64,000 nt of DNA, taken from positions 331,514,001 through 331,578,000 of the forward strand of contig OZ024743.1 in the NCBI GenBank assembly GCA_964016885.1. Reading direction: 5' to 3'. The DNA is from Eledone cirrhosa. Taxonomy: Eukaryota. Under the pieces are notes generated by a model, which ran no database searches, was not told the origin of the DNA, and worked only from the letters and a program-made list of their open reading frames with translations. Position numbers and translations under genes: made by a program. Shown here piece after piece: positions 16,501 to 31,397 of the stretch (position 1 is the first letter of the stretch; each line of letters starts with the position of its first letter).

Positions 16501-19500
16501 TGACATACTAACATACAGACACACACACATCACACATTGACATACTAACACAGACACACAAACATCACACATTGACATACTAACACAGACACACACACAC
16601 ATCACACATTGATATACAGACACACACACATCACACATTGACATACTAACACAGACACACACACATCACACATTGATATACACACACACACACATCACAC
16701 ATTGATATACTAACACAGACACACACACATCACACATTGACATACTAACACAGACACACACACATCACACATTGACATACTAACACAGACACACACACAT
16801 CACACATTGACATACTAACACAGACACACACACATCACACATTGACATACTAACATACAGACACACACACATCACACATTGATATACTAACACAGACACA
16901 CACACATCACACATTGACATACTAACATACAGACACACACACACACATCACACATTGACATACTAACATACAGACACACACACATCACACATTGACATAC
17001 TAACACAGACACACACACATCACACACTGATATACTAACACAGACACACACACATCACACATTGACATACTAACATACAGACACACACACATCACACATT
17101 GACATACTAACATACAGACACACACACATCACACATCACATACTAACATACAGACACACACACATCACATATTGATATACTAACACAGACACACACACAT
17201 CACACACTGATATACTAACACAGACACACAAACATCACACATTGACATACTAACACAGACACACACACATCACACATTGACATACTAACATACAGACACA
17301 CACACATCACACATTGATATACTAACATACAGACACACACACATCACACATTGACATACTAACATACAGACACACACACATCACACATTGACATACTAAC
17401 ATACAGACACACACACATCACACACTGATATACTAACACAGACACACACACATCACACATTGACATACTAACATACAGACACACACACATCACGCATTGA
17501 CATACTAACACGGACACACACACATCACACATTGACATACAGACACACACACATCACACACTAACATACAGACACACACACATCACACATTGACATACTA
17601 ACACGGACACACACACATCACACATTGACATACTAACATACAGACACACACACATCACACATTGATATACTAACATACAGACACACACACATCACACATT
17701 GATATACTAACATACAGACACACACACATCACACATTGACATACTAACATACAGACACACACACATCACACATTGACATACTAACACAGACACACACACA
17801 TCACACATTGACACACTAACATACAGACACACACACATCACACACTGATATACTAACACAGACACATACACATCACACATTGACATACTAACACAGACAC
17901 ATCACACATTGACATACTTACATACAGACACACACACATCGCACATTGACATACTAACACAGACACACACACATCACACATTGACATACTAACACAGACA
18001 CACACACATCACACATTGACATACTAACATACAGACACACACCCATCACACATTGACATACTAACACAGACACACACACATCACACATTGACATACTAAC
18101 ATACAGACACACACACATCACACACTGATATACTAACATACAGACACACACACATCACACATTGACATACTAACACAGACACACACCCATCACACATTGA
18201 CATACTAACACAGACACACACACATCACACATTGACATACTAACATACAGACACACACACATCACACACTGATATACTAACACAGACACACACACATCAC
18301 ACATTGACATACTAACATACAGACACACACACATCACACATTGACATACTAACATACAGACACACACACATCACACATTGACATACTAACACAGACACAC
18401 ACATCACACATTGATATACTAACATACAGACACACACACATCACACATTGACATACTAACACAGACACACACACATCACACATTGACATACTAACATACA
18501 GACACACACACATCACACATTGACATACTAACACAGACACACACACATCACACGTTGACATACTAACACAGACACACAAACATCACACATTGACATACTA
18601 ACACAGACACACACACATCACACATTGATATACAGACACACACACATCACACATTGACATACTAACACAGACACACACATCACACATTGATATACAGACA
18701 CACACACATCACACATTGATATACTAACACAGACACACACACATCACACATTGACATACTAACATACAGACACACACACATCACACACTGATATACTAAC
18801 ATACAGACACACACACATCACACATTGACATACTAACACAGACACACACCCATCACACATTGACATACTAACACAGACACACACACATCACACATTGACA
18901 TACTAACATACAGACACACACACATCACACACTGATATACTAACACAGACACACACACATCACACATTGACATACTAACATACAGACACACACACATCAC
19001 ACATTGACATACTAACATACAGACACACACACATCACACATTGACATACTAACACAGACACACACACATCACACATTGATATACTAACATACAGACACAC
19101 ACACATCACACATTGACATACTAACACAGACACACACACATCACACATTGACATACTAACACAGACACACACCCATCACACATTGACATACTAACACAGA
19201 CACACACACATCACACATTGACATACTAACATACAGACACACACACATCACACACTGATATACTAACACAGACACACACACATCACACATTGACATACTA
19301 ACATACAGACACACACACATCACACATTGACATACTAACATACAGACACACACACATCACACATTGACATACTAACACAGACACACACACATCACACATT
19401 GATATACTAACATACAGACACACACACATCACACATTGACATACTAACACAGACACACACACATCACACATTGACATACTAACATACAGACACACACACA

Positions 19501-22500
19501 TCACACATTGACATACTAACACAGACACACACACATCACACATTGACATACTAACATACAGACACACACACATCACACATTGACATACTAACACAGACAC
19601 ACAAACATCACACATTGACATACTAACACAGACACACACACATCACACATTGATATACAGACACACACACATCACACATTGACATACTAACACAGACACA
19701 CACACATCACACATTGATATACACACACACACACATCACACATTGATATACTAACACAGACACACACACATCACACATTGACATACTAACACAGACACAC
19801 ACACATCACACATTGACATACTAACACAGACACACACACATCACACATTGACATACTAACACAGACACACACACATCACACATTGACATACTAACATACA
19901 GACACACACACATCACACATTGATATACTAACACAGACACACACACATCACACATTGACATACTAACATACAGACACACACACACACATCACACATTGAC
20001 ATACTAACATACAGACACACACACATCACACATTGACATACTAACACAGACACACACACATCACACACTGATATACTAACACAGACACACACACATCACA
20101 CATTGACATACTAACATACAGACACACACACATCACACATTGACATACTAACATACAGACACACACACATCACACATCACATACTAACATACAGACACAC
20201 ACACATCACATATTGATATACTAACACAGACACACACACATCACACACTGATATACTAACACAGACACACACACATCACACATTGACATACTAACACAGA
20301 CACACACACATCACACATTGACATACTAACATACAGACACACACACATCACACATTGATATACTAACATACAGACACACACACATCACACATTGACATAC
20401 TAACATACAGACACACACACATCACACATTGACATACTAACATACAGACACACACACATCACACACTGATATACTAACACAGACACACACACATCACACA
20501 TTGACATACTAACATACAGACACACACACATCACACATTGACATACTAACATACAGACACACACACATCACACATTGACATACTAACACAGACACACACA
20601 TCACACATTGATATACTAACATACAGACACACACACATCACACATTGACATACTAACACAGACACACACACATCACACATTGACATACTAACATACAGAC
20701 ACACACACATCACACATTGACATACTAACACAGACACACACACATCACACGTTGACATACTAACACAGACACACAAACATCACACATTGACATACTAACA
20801 CAGACACACACACATCACACATTGATATACAGACACACACACATCACACATTGACATACTAACACAGACACACACATCACACATTGATATACAGACACAC
20901 ACACATCACACATTGATATACTAACACAGACACACACACATCACACATTGACATACTAACATACAGACACACACACATCACACACTGATATACTAACATA
21001 CAGACACACACACATCACACATTGACATACTAACACAGACACACACCCATCACACATTGACATACTAACACAGACACACACACATCACACATTGACATAC
21101 TAACATACAGACACACACACATCACACACTGATATACTAACACAGACACACACACATCACACATTGACATACTAACATACAGACACACACACATCACACA
21201 TTGACATACTAACATACAGACACACACACATCACACATTGACATACTAACACAGACACACACACATCACACATTGATATACTAACATACAGACACACACA
21301 CATCACACATTGACATACTAACACAGACACACACACATCACACATTGACATACTAACACAGACACACACCCATCACACATTGACATACTAACACAGACAC
21401 ACACACATCACACATTGACATACTAACATACAGACACACACACATCACACACTGATATACTAACACAGACACACACACATCACACATTGACATACTAACA
21501 TACAGACACACACACATCACACATTGACATACTAACATACAGACACACACACATCACACATTGACATACTAACACAGACACACACACATCACACATTGAT
21601 ATACTAACATACAGACACACACACATCACACATTGACATACTAACACAGACACACACACATCACACATTGACATACTAACATACAGACACACACACATCA
21701 CACATTGACATACTAACACAGACACACACACATCACACATTGACATACTAACATACAGACACACACACATCACACATTGACATACTAACACAGACACACA
21801 AACATCACACATTGACATACTAACACAGACACACACACATCACACATTGATATACAGACACACACACATCACACATTGACATACTAACACAGACACACAC
21901 ACATCACACATTGATATACACACACACACACATCACACATTGATATACTAACACAGACACACACACATCACACATTGACATACTAACACAGACACACACA
22001 CATCACACATTGACATACTAACACAGACACACACACATCACACATTGACATACTAACACAGACACACACACATCACACATTGACATACTAACATACAGAC
22101 ACACACACATCACACATTGATATACTAACACAGACACACACACATCACACATTGACATACTAACATACAGACACACACACACACATCACACATTGACATA
22201 CTAACATACAGACACACACACATCACACATTGACATACTAACACAGACACACACACATCACACACTGATATACTAACACAGACACACACACATCACACAT
22301 TGACATACTAACATACAGACACACACACATCACACATTGACATACTAACATACAGACACACACACATCACACATCACATACTAACATACAGACACACACA
22401 CATCACATATTGATATACTAACACAGACACACACACATCACACACTGATATACTAACACAGACACACACACATCACACATTGACATACTAACACAGACAC

Positions 22501-25460
22501 ACACACATCACACATTGACATACTAACATACAGACACACACACATCACACATTGATATACTAACATACAGACACACACACATCACACATTGACATACTAA
22601 CATACAGACACACACACATCACACATTGACATACTAACATACAGACACACACACATCACACACTGATATACTAACACAGACACACACACATCACACATTG
22701 ACATACTAACATACAGACACACACACATCACGCATTGACATACTAACACGGACACACACACATCACACATTGACATACAGACACACACACATCACACACT
22801 AACATACAGACACACACACATCACACATTGACATACTAACACGGACACACACACATCACACATTGACATACTAACATACAGACACACACACATCACACAT
22901 TGATATACTAACATACAGACACACACACATCACACATTGACATACTAACATACAGACACACACACATCACACATTGACATACTAACACAGACACACACAC
23001 ATCACACATTGACATACTAACACAGACACACCCACATCACACATTGACATACTAACATACAGACACACACACATCACACATTGACATACTAACATACAGA
23101 CACACACACATCACACATTGACATACTAACATACAGACACACACACATCACATATTGACATACTAACATACAGACACACACACATCACAAATTGACATAC
23201 TAACATACAGACACACACACATCACACATTGACATACTAACACAGACACACACACGTCACACATTGACATACTAACATACAGACACACACACATCACACA
23301 TTGACATACTAATATACAGACACACACACATTGACATACTAACACGGACACACACACATCACACATTGACATACTAACATACAGACACACACACATCACA
23401 CATTGACATACTAACATACAGACACACACACATCACACATTGACATACTAACATACAGACACACACACATCACACATTGACATACTAACACGGACACACA
23501 CACATCACACATTGACATACTAACATACAGACACACACACATCACACATTGATATACTAACATACAGACACACACACATCACACATTGATATACTAACAT
23601 ACAGACACACACACATCACACATTGATATACTAACATACAGACACACACACATCACACATTGACATACTAACACACACACATCACACATTGACATACTAA
23701 CATACAGACACACACACATCACACATTGACATACTAACATACAGACACACACACATCACACATTGACATACTAACACACACACATCACACATTGACATAC
23801 TAACATACAGACACACACACATCACACATTGACATACTAACATACAGACACACACACATCACACATTGACATACTAACATACAGACACACACACACATCA
23901 CACATTGACATACTAACATACAGACACACACACATCACACATTGACATACTAACATACAGACACACACACATCACACATTGACATACTAACACAGACACA
24001 CACACATCACACATTGACATACTAACATACAGACACACACACATCACACATTGATATACTAACATACAGACACACACACATCACACATTGATATACTAAC
24101 ATACAGACACACACACATCACACATTGATATACTAACATACAGACACACACACATCACACATTGATATACTAACATAGAGACACACACACATCACACATT
24201 GACATACTAACATACAGACACACACACATCACACATTGATATACTAACATACAGACACACACACATCACACATTGATATACTAACATAGAGACACACACA
24301 CATCACACATTGATATACTAACATACAGACACACACACATCACACATTGATATACTAACATACAGACACACACACATCACACATTGATATACTAACATAC
24401 AGACACACACACATCACACATTGATATACTAACACACAGACACACACACATCACACATTGACATACTAACACAGACACACACACATCACACATTGACATA
24501 CTAACATACAGACACACACACATCACACATTGACATACTAACATACAGACACACACACATCACACATTGACATACTAACATACAGACACAAACACATCAC
24601 ACATTGACATACTAACACAGACACACACACATCACACATTGACATACTAACACAGACACACACACATCACACATTGACATACTAACATACAGACACACAC
24701 ACATCACACATTGACATACTAACATACAGACACACACACATCACACATTGACATTCTAACATACAGACACACACACATCACACATTGACATACTAACACA
24801 GACACACACACATCACACATTGACATACTAACACAGACACACACACATCACACATTGACATACTAACATACAGACACACACACATCACACACTGACATAC
24901 TAACATACAGACACACACACATCACACATTGACATACTAACATACAGACACACACACATCACACATTGACATACTAACATACAGACACACACACATCACA
25001 AATTGACATACTAACATACAGACACACACACATCACACATTGACATACTAACACAGACACACACACATCACACATTGACATACTAACATACAGACACAAA
25101 CACATCACACATTGACATACTAACATACAGACACACACACATCACACATTGACATACTAACACAGACACACACACATCACACATTGACATACTAACACAG
25201 ACACACACACATCACACATTGACATACTAACATACAGACACACACACATCACACATTGACATACTAACACAGACACACACACATCACACATTGACATACT
25301 AACATACAGACACACACACATCACACATTGATATACTAACACAGACACACACACATCACACATTGATATACTAACATACAGACACACACACATCACACAT
25401 CACACACTAACATACAGACACATCACACACTAACATACAGACACACACACATCACACATT
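7600..25460. repeat. ~18 kb minisatellite of 35/37-bp units (cacacattgacatactaaca[ta]cagacacacacacat) with higher-order duplications
   Basis: Directly visible. Near-identical spurious ORFs recur at offsets of 2197, 2759 and 3849 bp. Confidence 0.95.
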
Positions 25461-26410
25461 GATATACTAACACACATTGACATGAACACACTAATATACT
25501 AACATACAGACACACACATCATCACGCACTGTCATAATAACATAGACACACACATCACACACACTGACATGAACACACAGAGACACACAGACATACTAAC
25601 ACAGACATATGACCACACACACACAGACATACTAACACAGACACACATCACACATGCATATGCTAACACAGACACACACACCGACATATGAAGACACAGG
25701 CACACACACATCACACACTGATATCTGAAGACACAGGCACACACACTGACATATGAAAACAGACACACATACATCATCACACACTGACATACTAACACAG
25801 ACACACACATGTACACATTGATATACTAACACAGACACACACACATCATCACACATTGATATACTAACACACAGACACACACATCATTACACACTGATAT
25901 ACTAACACAGACACATCAGTACACACTGATATACTAACGCAGACATACACATCACACTGATATAACACACACACATCATCGCACACAGACATACTAACAC
26001 ACAGACATTAACACACAAACCATCTTACACACACACACACACCAGCATACATACACCCACACAAGCATACATACACACACACAAGTATATATACATACAC
26101 ACACACATGCATACATACACACACATACACGAGCATACATATACACACACACACACCAGCATACACACACACACCAGCATACACACATTCACACACCAGC
26201 ATACATACACACACTCCAGCATACACTCACACAAACCAGCATACATACACACACACACACACACCAGCATACATACATACATACACACACACACACCAGA
26301 ATATACACACACGCACCAGCATACATACATTCACACACACCAGCATACATACACACAGACACAGTATACACACACACCAGTGTACATTGATGATACACAC
26401 ATACACACCA
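25460..26410. repeat. Degenerate CA-rich edge of the satellite, including cacaccagcatacata units
   Basis: Directly visible. Confidence 0.8.
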
Positions 26411-26987
26411 AAATATCCAACTATGTTCACAATCAAAATTCTAATTTCAAATTATTTACAATGAAATAATGTCTTCACACCAACAATATGGCATGATTGA
26501 AAATAAAAAAAATGTGTGTGTGTATATGTATGTGTAAATGTATGTATGTGTGTGTGTATATATATATATATATGTGTGTCTATGTAGATGGATGTGTGTG
26601 TGTGTATGTAGATGGATGTATGTGTGTATGTATGTGTGTACATACATATATATGTACATAGATATACAAACACCTAAATACACATGAACATATATACACA
26701 CACACACACACACATACACACACATATACTCACATACAAACATACATATATATATATATAAGTATACAACAAGGTAGGGTGAAAGCTGTGACATTTTCAT
26801 AGCCAATAGCTGCTCTTTCTGGCATCTTAATAGTACAGCTATTGATCATTTCCAATATTGGTGATTGAATGCATGAAAAACATCCTGTGGCTCTTTATTT
26901 TCCCTTCTTTTAAATTACAAAACAGCAATTTCTTCACAAATTTATTGATCCTCACCCATGTCGTGCACCATATGAAGCAATTACTGC

Positions 26988-27023
<36 letters not shown>

Positions 27024-27104
27024 ATAGATAGATAGATGGATGGATGGATGGATGGATGGATAGATAGCTAGAAAAAGATAGATAGATAGATATATAGATA
27101 GATA

Positions 27105-27490
27105 GATATGGAGGCACATGGCTTAGATAGATATATAGATAGATATATAGATAGATGGAGGCACATGGCTTAGATAGATATATAGATAGATATAGAGGCA
27201 CATGGCTTAGATAGATATATAGATAGATATATAGATAGATGGAGGCACATGGCTTAGATAGATATATAGATAGATATATAGATAGATATAGAGGCACATG
27301 GCTTAGATAGATATATAGATAGATATATAGATAGATGGAGGCACATGGCTTAGATAGATATATAGATAGATATATAGATAGATATAGAGGCACATGGCTT
27401 AGATAGATATATAGATAGATATATAGATAGATGGAGGCACATGGCTTAGATAGATATATAGATAAATATATAGATAGATGGAGGCACAAA
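27105..27490. repeat. ~47-bp minisatellite (gaggcacatggcttagatagatatatagatagat...), about 9 copies
   Basis: gaggcacatggcttag recurs about every 47-48 bp (one 37-bp unit) in a GATA-rich background. Confidence 0.85.
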
Positions 27491-27775
27491 AGTGGACGTA
27501 AAATGAAATGATGATGATGATGATAGATAATTGGATGGATGGATAAATAGATAGATGCATGTATAGCAGGAAATATGTGTGTGTGTCAATATATATACCC
27601 CCCCACACATGTATGTATAAATGTATCTGTGTGTGCACACATATATATAATATAATAATAATAATGAAAATGATTGAGTATAGTGCTCAGATATATATGT
27701 GACCGGTGCTTTGAGGAAACAACACCGAACTTGAGTACTGAGCATAAAAATTGAAATTTTTCTTTTCAAATTCTA

Positions 27776-27834
27776 GCTGTCTGATGAGGTCATAGCTGTT
27801 GTATAATGGTTATCACCGAAATATATATAACAGC
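27776..27834 (+). ncRNA. Type I hammerhead ribozyme motif (Penelope-associated type)
   Basis: gctgt-CTGATGA-[stem II ggtcatagctgtt/aatggttatcacc]-GAAA-TATATA-TA-acagc, giving a 5-bp stem I and a palindromic stem III. Confidence 0.7.
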
Positions 27835-27955
27835 AGCTATGAATAAATGAAGTTAATGTTAACCTGTTGAGTTACGCTTATTATTATATATATATAGTCC
27901 CACCCTTACTAGCAGGGAAATTGGATGTTAAATGACTATATAACATACAGACACA

Positions 27956-28017
<62 letters not shown>

Positions 28018-28018
<1 letters not shown>

Positions 28019-28185
28019 TGCTCATACGTTCCAAATATTGCATGGTTTCTTCAGCTGGATGACTTTCCTAATGTCAACTCCCTGTGCATTTTATCATGAG
28101 ACCAGCATAAGCCTTACAGAGTGGACTGGGTGCTCTTTCCTCATGTCATCAACACTGAAGAGGTTGTCATGTACATATTAAGACT
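28018..28185 (-). mobile_element. Degenerate SINE / RTE-tail fragment
   Basis: ggtttcttcagctggatgactttcctaatg is the reverse complement of the aggaagggcatccagctg motif. Confidence 0.55.
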
Positions 28186-28452
28186 AAACAGTCCTCTCTA
28201 CACTATATTGTCTCCATGACCCTGTGTGTGTGTGTGAGTGAATGTAGATGTGACCAAGTTGTTAAGTTTAGCTTCATAATCATAAAGACAAAAGTTCAAC
28301 CCCACTTCATGGTCCCTTGGGCAAATATATATTTGCCAAACCCTTCCTTATATCAACCAAAAAACTATGTGCGTGTGTGTGTGTGTGTGTGCGCGTGTAC
28401 TTATATATACATACATACATACACATACATACACACAATAATGAAATACATG

Positions 28453-30963
28453 GAAAGCAAACCTGCTGTTGGCGACAGACGAAGTCTGTGGCTGGAGCAG
28501 GCCTGTAGGCAGGAGGAGAGTAACATGGTGGTGGAACAGTAAGGTGGAGGGGTCAATTAAGGCCAAAAAGCAGGCTTGGAAAGTATGGCGGGATGGGGGA
28601 AGTAGAGAAGACTATCAAGTGGCCAGGAGGGAAGCTAGGAGACAAGTGTACTTAGCAAGAAGGGAAGCTGAGGAAAGAAAGTTCAAGCATGTTCTACAAC
28701 GCGATGACCAAAAACGTGAGGTGTTCAGGATTGCTAGGCAATGCGTCAAGGAAAACCGTGATATTGTCGGGGAGAAGTGTGTACTAAACGACGATGGCAC
28801 ACTTGCCATCACCGACGCTGATAAGAAGGTAGCTTGGAAGTGTCACTATGAAAGGCTACTAAATGAGGAGAATAAATGGGAGAAAGACAGTCTCCCCCAT
28901 ATCGACCCAATAGAGGGACCAGCAGTGTTAGTCGAGGGGAGTATAATAAGTAAGGCAATCAAGGATATGAAGACGGGTAAGGCGGCTGGGCCTTCGGAAA
29001 TAGTTGCTGAGATGCTGAAGGCATCTGGCACGGTGGGACACACCATGGTCACCCGCATAGTTAACCAAGTCGTACAGAATGGGGTTGTTCCGAAGGACTG
29101 GCATAGCAGCATCATCGTTAACTGTTATAAGGGTAAAGGAGACGCCCTAGATAGGAGTAACTATAGAGGCATTAAATTAATCGACCAGGTCATGAAGGTC
29201 ACAGAAAAAGTAATAGCGCAACTAATCAGAGAGAGAATTGACCTAGATGAAATGCAGTTCGGGTTTGTGTCAGGCAAAAGTACCACAGACGCTCTTTTCA
29301 TAGTACGACAACTACAGGAGAAGTACCTAGCTAAAGGTAAACCCCTCTACTTAGCTTTTGTCGACTTGGAGAAAGCCTTCGACAGAGTCCCCCGCTCCAT
29401 TATCTGGTGGGCTCTTAGAAAACTAGGCGTTGACGAATGGCTTGTGAGGGCTATACAAGCCATGTATAAAGAAACAGTCAGCAAGGTTAGAATTAACAAC
29501 GAATATAGTGAAGAGTTTAGCGTAAAAGTTGGCGTCCATCAGGGCTCTGTTCTCAGCCCACTACTATTTATTATTGCCCTTCAGGCTATAACAGAGGAGT
29601 TCAAGACAGGCTGCCCATGGGAACTCCTATACACAGACGACCTGACACTCATAGCGGAATCAATGGCCGAGCTAGAGAAGAAATTCCAAACATGGAAGCA
29701 CGGCCTAGAGTCAAAAGGACTTAAAATTAACCTGGCTAAGACCAAAGTACTAGTTTGTAGGAAAGAAAACAAGGCGGCGGTCCCTTCTGGGAAATGGTCG
29801 TGCTCGGTGTGTAGGAAAGGCGTAGGTAGAAACTCCATTTTATGTCCTAAATGCAAAGTATGGGTGCATAAAAGATGTAGTGGGATCACAGGTAAGCTAA
29901 CTAAGAACATAGATTTTACATGTGGCCGGTGCTCTGGTGCAATAAGTAGCAGCAAGTGCCCACAAAATACTAGCTCTTTCAATTGCGCAGAGGGTTCTAT
30001 AGAAATAGTGGACAGCTTCCGTTACCTGGGCGATAAAATCAGCAGTGGGGGAGGGTGCTCTGAAAGTACTGTAGCTAGAGTCAGAACTGGTTGGAAAAAG
30101 TTCAGAGAGCTTATACCACTATTAGCTGCTAAAGGGTTCTCCCTAAAAATGAAAGGCAGGTTGTACGATGCCTGCATACGAACAGCAATGCTGCATGGCA
30201 GTGAGACCTGGGCATTGTGTGCAGAGGATATACGCAGACTAGAGAGGAACGAAGCTTGCATGCTCCGCTGGATGTGTAACAGTAATATACGTGAACGGCA
30301 AAGCATAAACGAACTAAGGAAAAAATTAGAGATAAGAGGGATCGGATGTTGTTTGCTCGAGAGAAGGCTACGTTGGTATGGACACGTGATGCGCATGAAA
30401 GTCGATAGCTGTATAACAAAGTGCAGGGCAATAAAGATAGACGGTAGTCACGGAATAGGCAGACCTAGAAAAACCTGGGACGAGCTGATAAACTCCGACA
30501 TCACACACTTACACCTCTCCAAGCCAATGTCACTGGACCGAGACCTTTGGCGGTACTCTGTAACAGAGAAGACCCGCCTTACCTAAATATATAGTAAAAC
30601 CTACTCCAGCCAGTAGGCATCTCTAACAAAATACACCCCGTCCCACCACCACCACCCCCACCCCATCCACACCACCCCGTTCTATGTAAAGTTATGTTGG
30701 TGCCGCGCCATCGAGGCCGAAACAAATGAGATCGTGTAGGTGTCACGACAAAAAAACACACAGTCCACGCTGTAATGTGGCCGTGTAGGCAACACGGTAA
30801 AAACCTCCCAGACCCACACTGTAAATGTGGTTGGTGTTAGGAAGGGCATCCAGCTATAGAAAACCTGCCAGACAGTCCTATGCGAGCAAGACAATCACTC
30901 TTGCCTCAAGTGGGACTACCCCCGTCCAAACCCATGCAAGCGTGGAACACGGACGTTAAACGT

Positions 30964-30994
<31 letters not shown>
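28453..30994 (+). mobile_element. RTE-clade LINE, subfamily A, 5'-truncated; ORF 28469-30586 (RT with inserted PHD finger), 3'UTR and (GAT)n tail
   Basis: RT motifs NYRGIKL, QFGF, FVDLEKAFD, GVHQGSVLSPLLF, YTDD (YADD variant), FRYLG and the RTE C-terminal RRLRWYGHV.R...GRPRKTW are all present. No endonuclease domain. Confidence 0.93.
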
Positions 30995-30995
<1 letters not shown>

Positions 30996-31125
30996 GGTTG
31001 AATGAACATCTTCCTTACAGCCACCACCTGTGAGGTATATATGTCTGGATGTGTGTGTATATATATATAAATATATATATATCAATAATATTAATAAATG
31101 GAAACTATCTTTATAAAACCATATT

Positions 31126-31187
31126 TATTTTATTATATATATTTCAAGGGTACCAACATTTTTGGTACACTCTCATCAGATAAAATA
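31126..31187 (-). ncRNA. Type I hammerhead ribozyme motif
   Basis: Minus strand: tattttat-CTGATGA-gagtgtacc aaaaatgtt ggtaccctt-GAAA-TATATA-TA-ataaaata, with an 8-bp stem I. Confidence 0.75.
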
Positions 31188-31316
31188 CAAAAGTTGTTTT
31201 ACAGATAGTGACACATTCAAAACTAGAACTTAGCGTTTTGAGTTCTACTATTCAAACAGAGCTCAAAACGCTAAGTTCTAGTTTTGAATATGTCACTATC
31301 TGTAAAACAACTTTTG

Positions 31317-31378
31317 TATTTTATCTGATGAGAGCGTACGAAAAATGTTGGTACCCTTGAAATATATATAATAAAATA
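31317..31378 (+). ncRNA. Type I hammerhead ribozyme motif (inverted twin of 31126-31187)
   Basis: tattttat-CTGATGA-gagcgtacg aaaaatgtt ggtaccctt-GAAA-TATATA-TA-ataaaata. Confidence 0.72.
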
Positions 31379-31397
31379 AATATAGTTTTATAAAGAT

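Larger units (their letters stand above)
31079..31397. repeat. Long inverted repeat (Penelope-like terminus): arms 31079-31246 and 31258-31397, right arm resuming at 33607-33640
   Basis: The arms are near-perfect reverse complements around an 11-nt spacer, and the right arm continues after the LINE insertion. Confidence 0.88.

Noticed and set aside
7600-25460. Regular ~36-bp repeats superficially like a CRISPR array
   Set aside because: There are no unique spacers and no cas genes, and the context is eukaryotic.
7686-26469. Dozens of Cys/Val-rich ORFs ([10 protein letters not shown]...) resembling metallothionein-like proteins
   Set aside because: They are translations of the TG-rich satellite strand. 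The 35/37-bp units do not preserve frame and I saw no splice signals.
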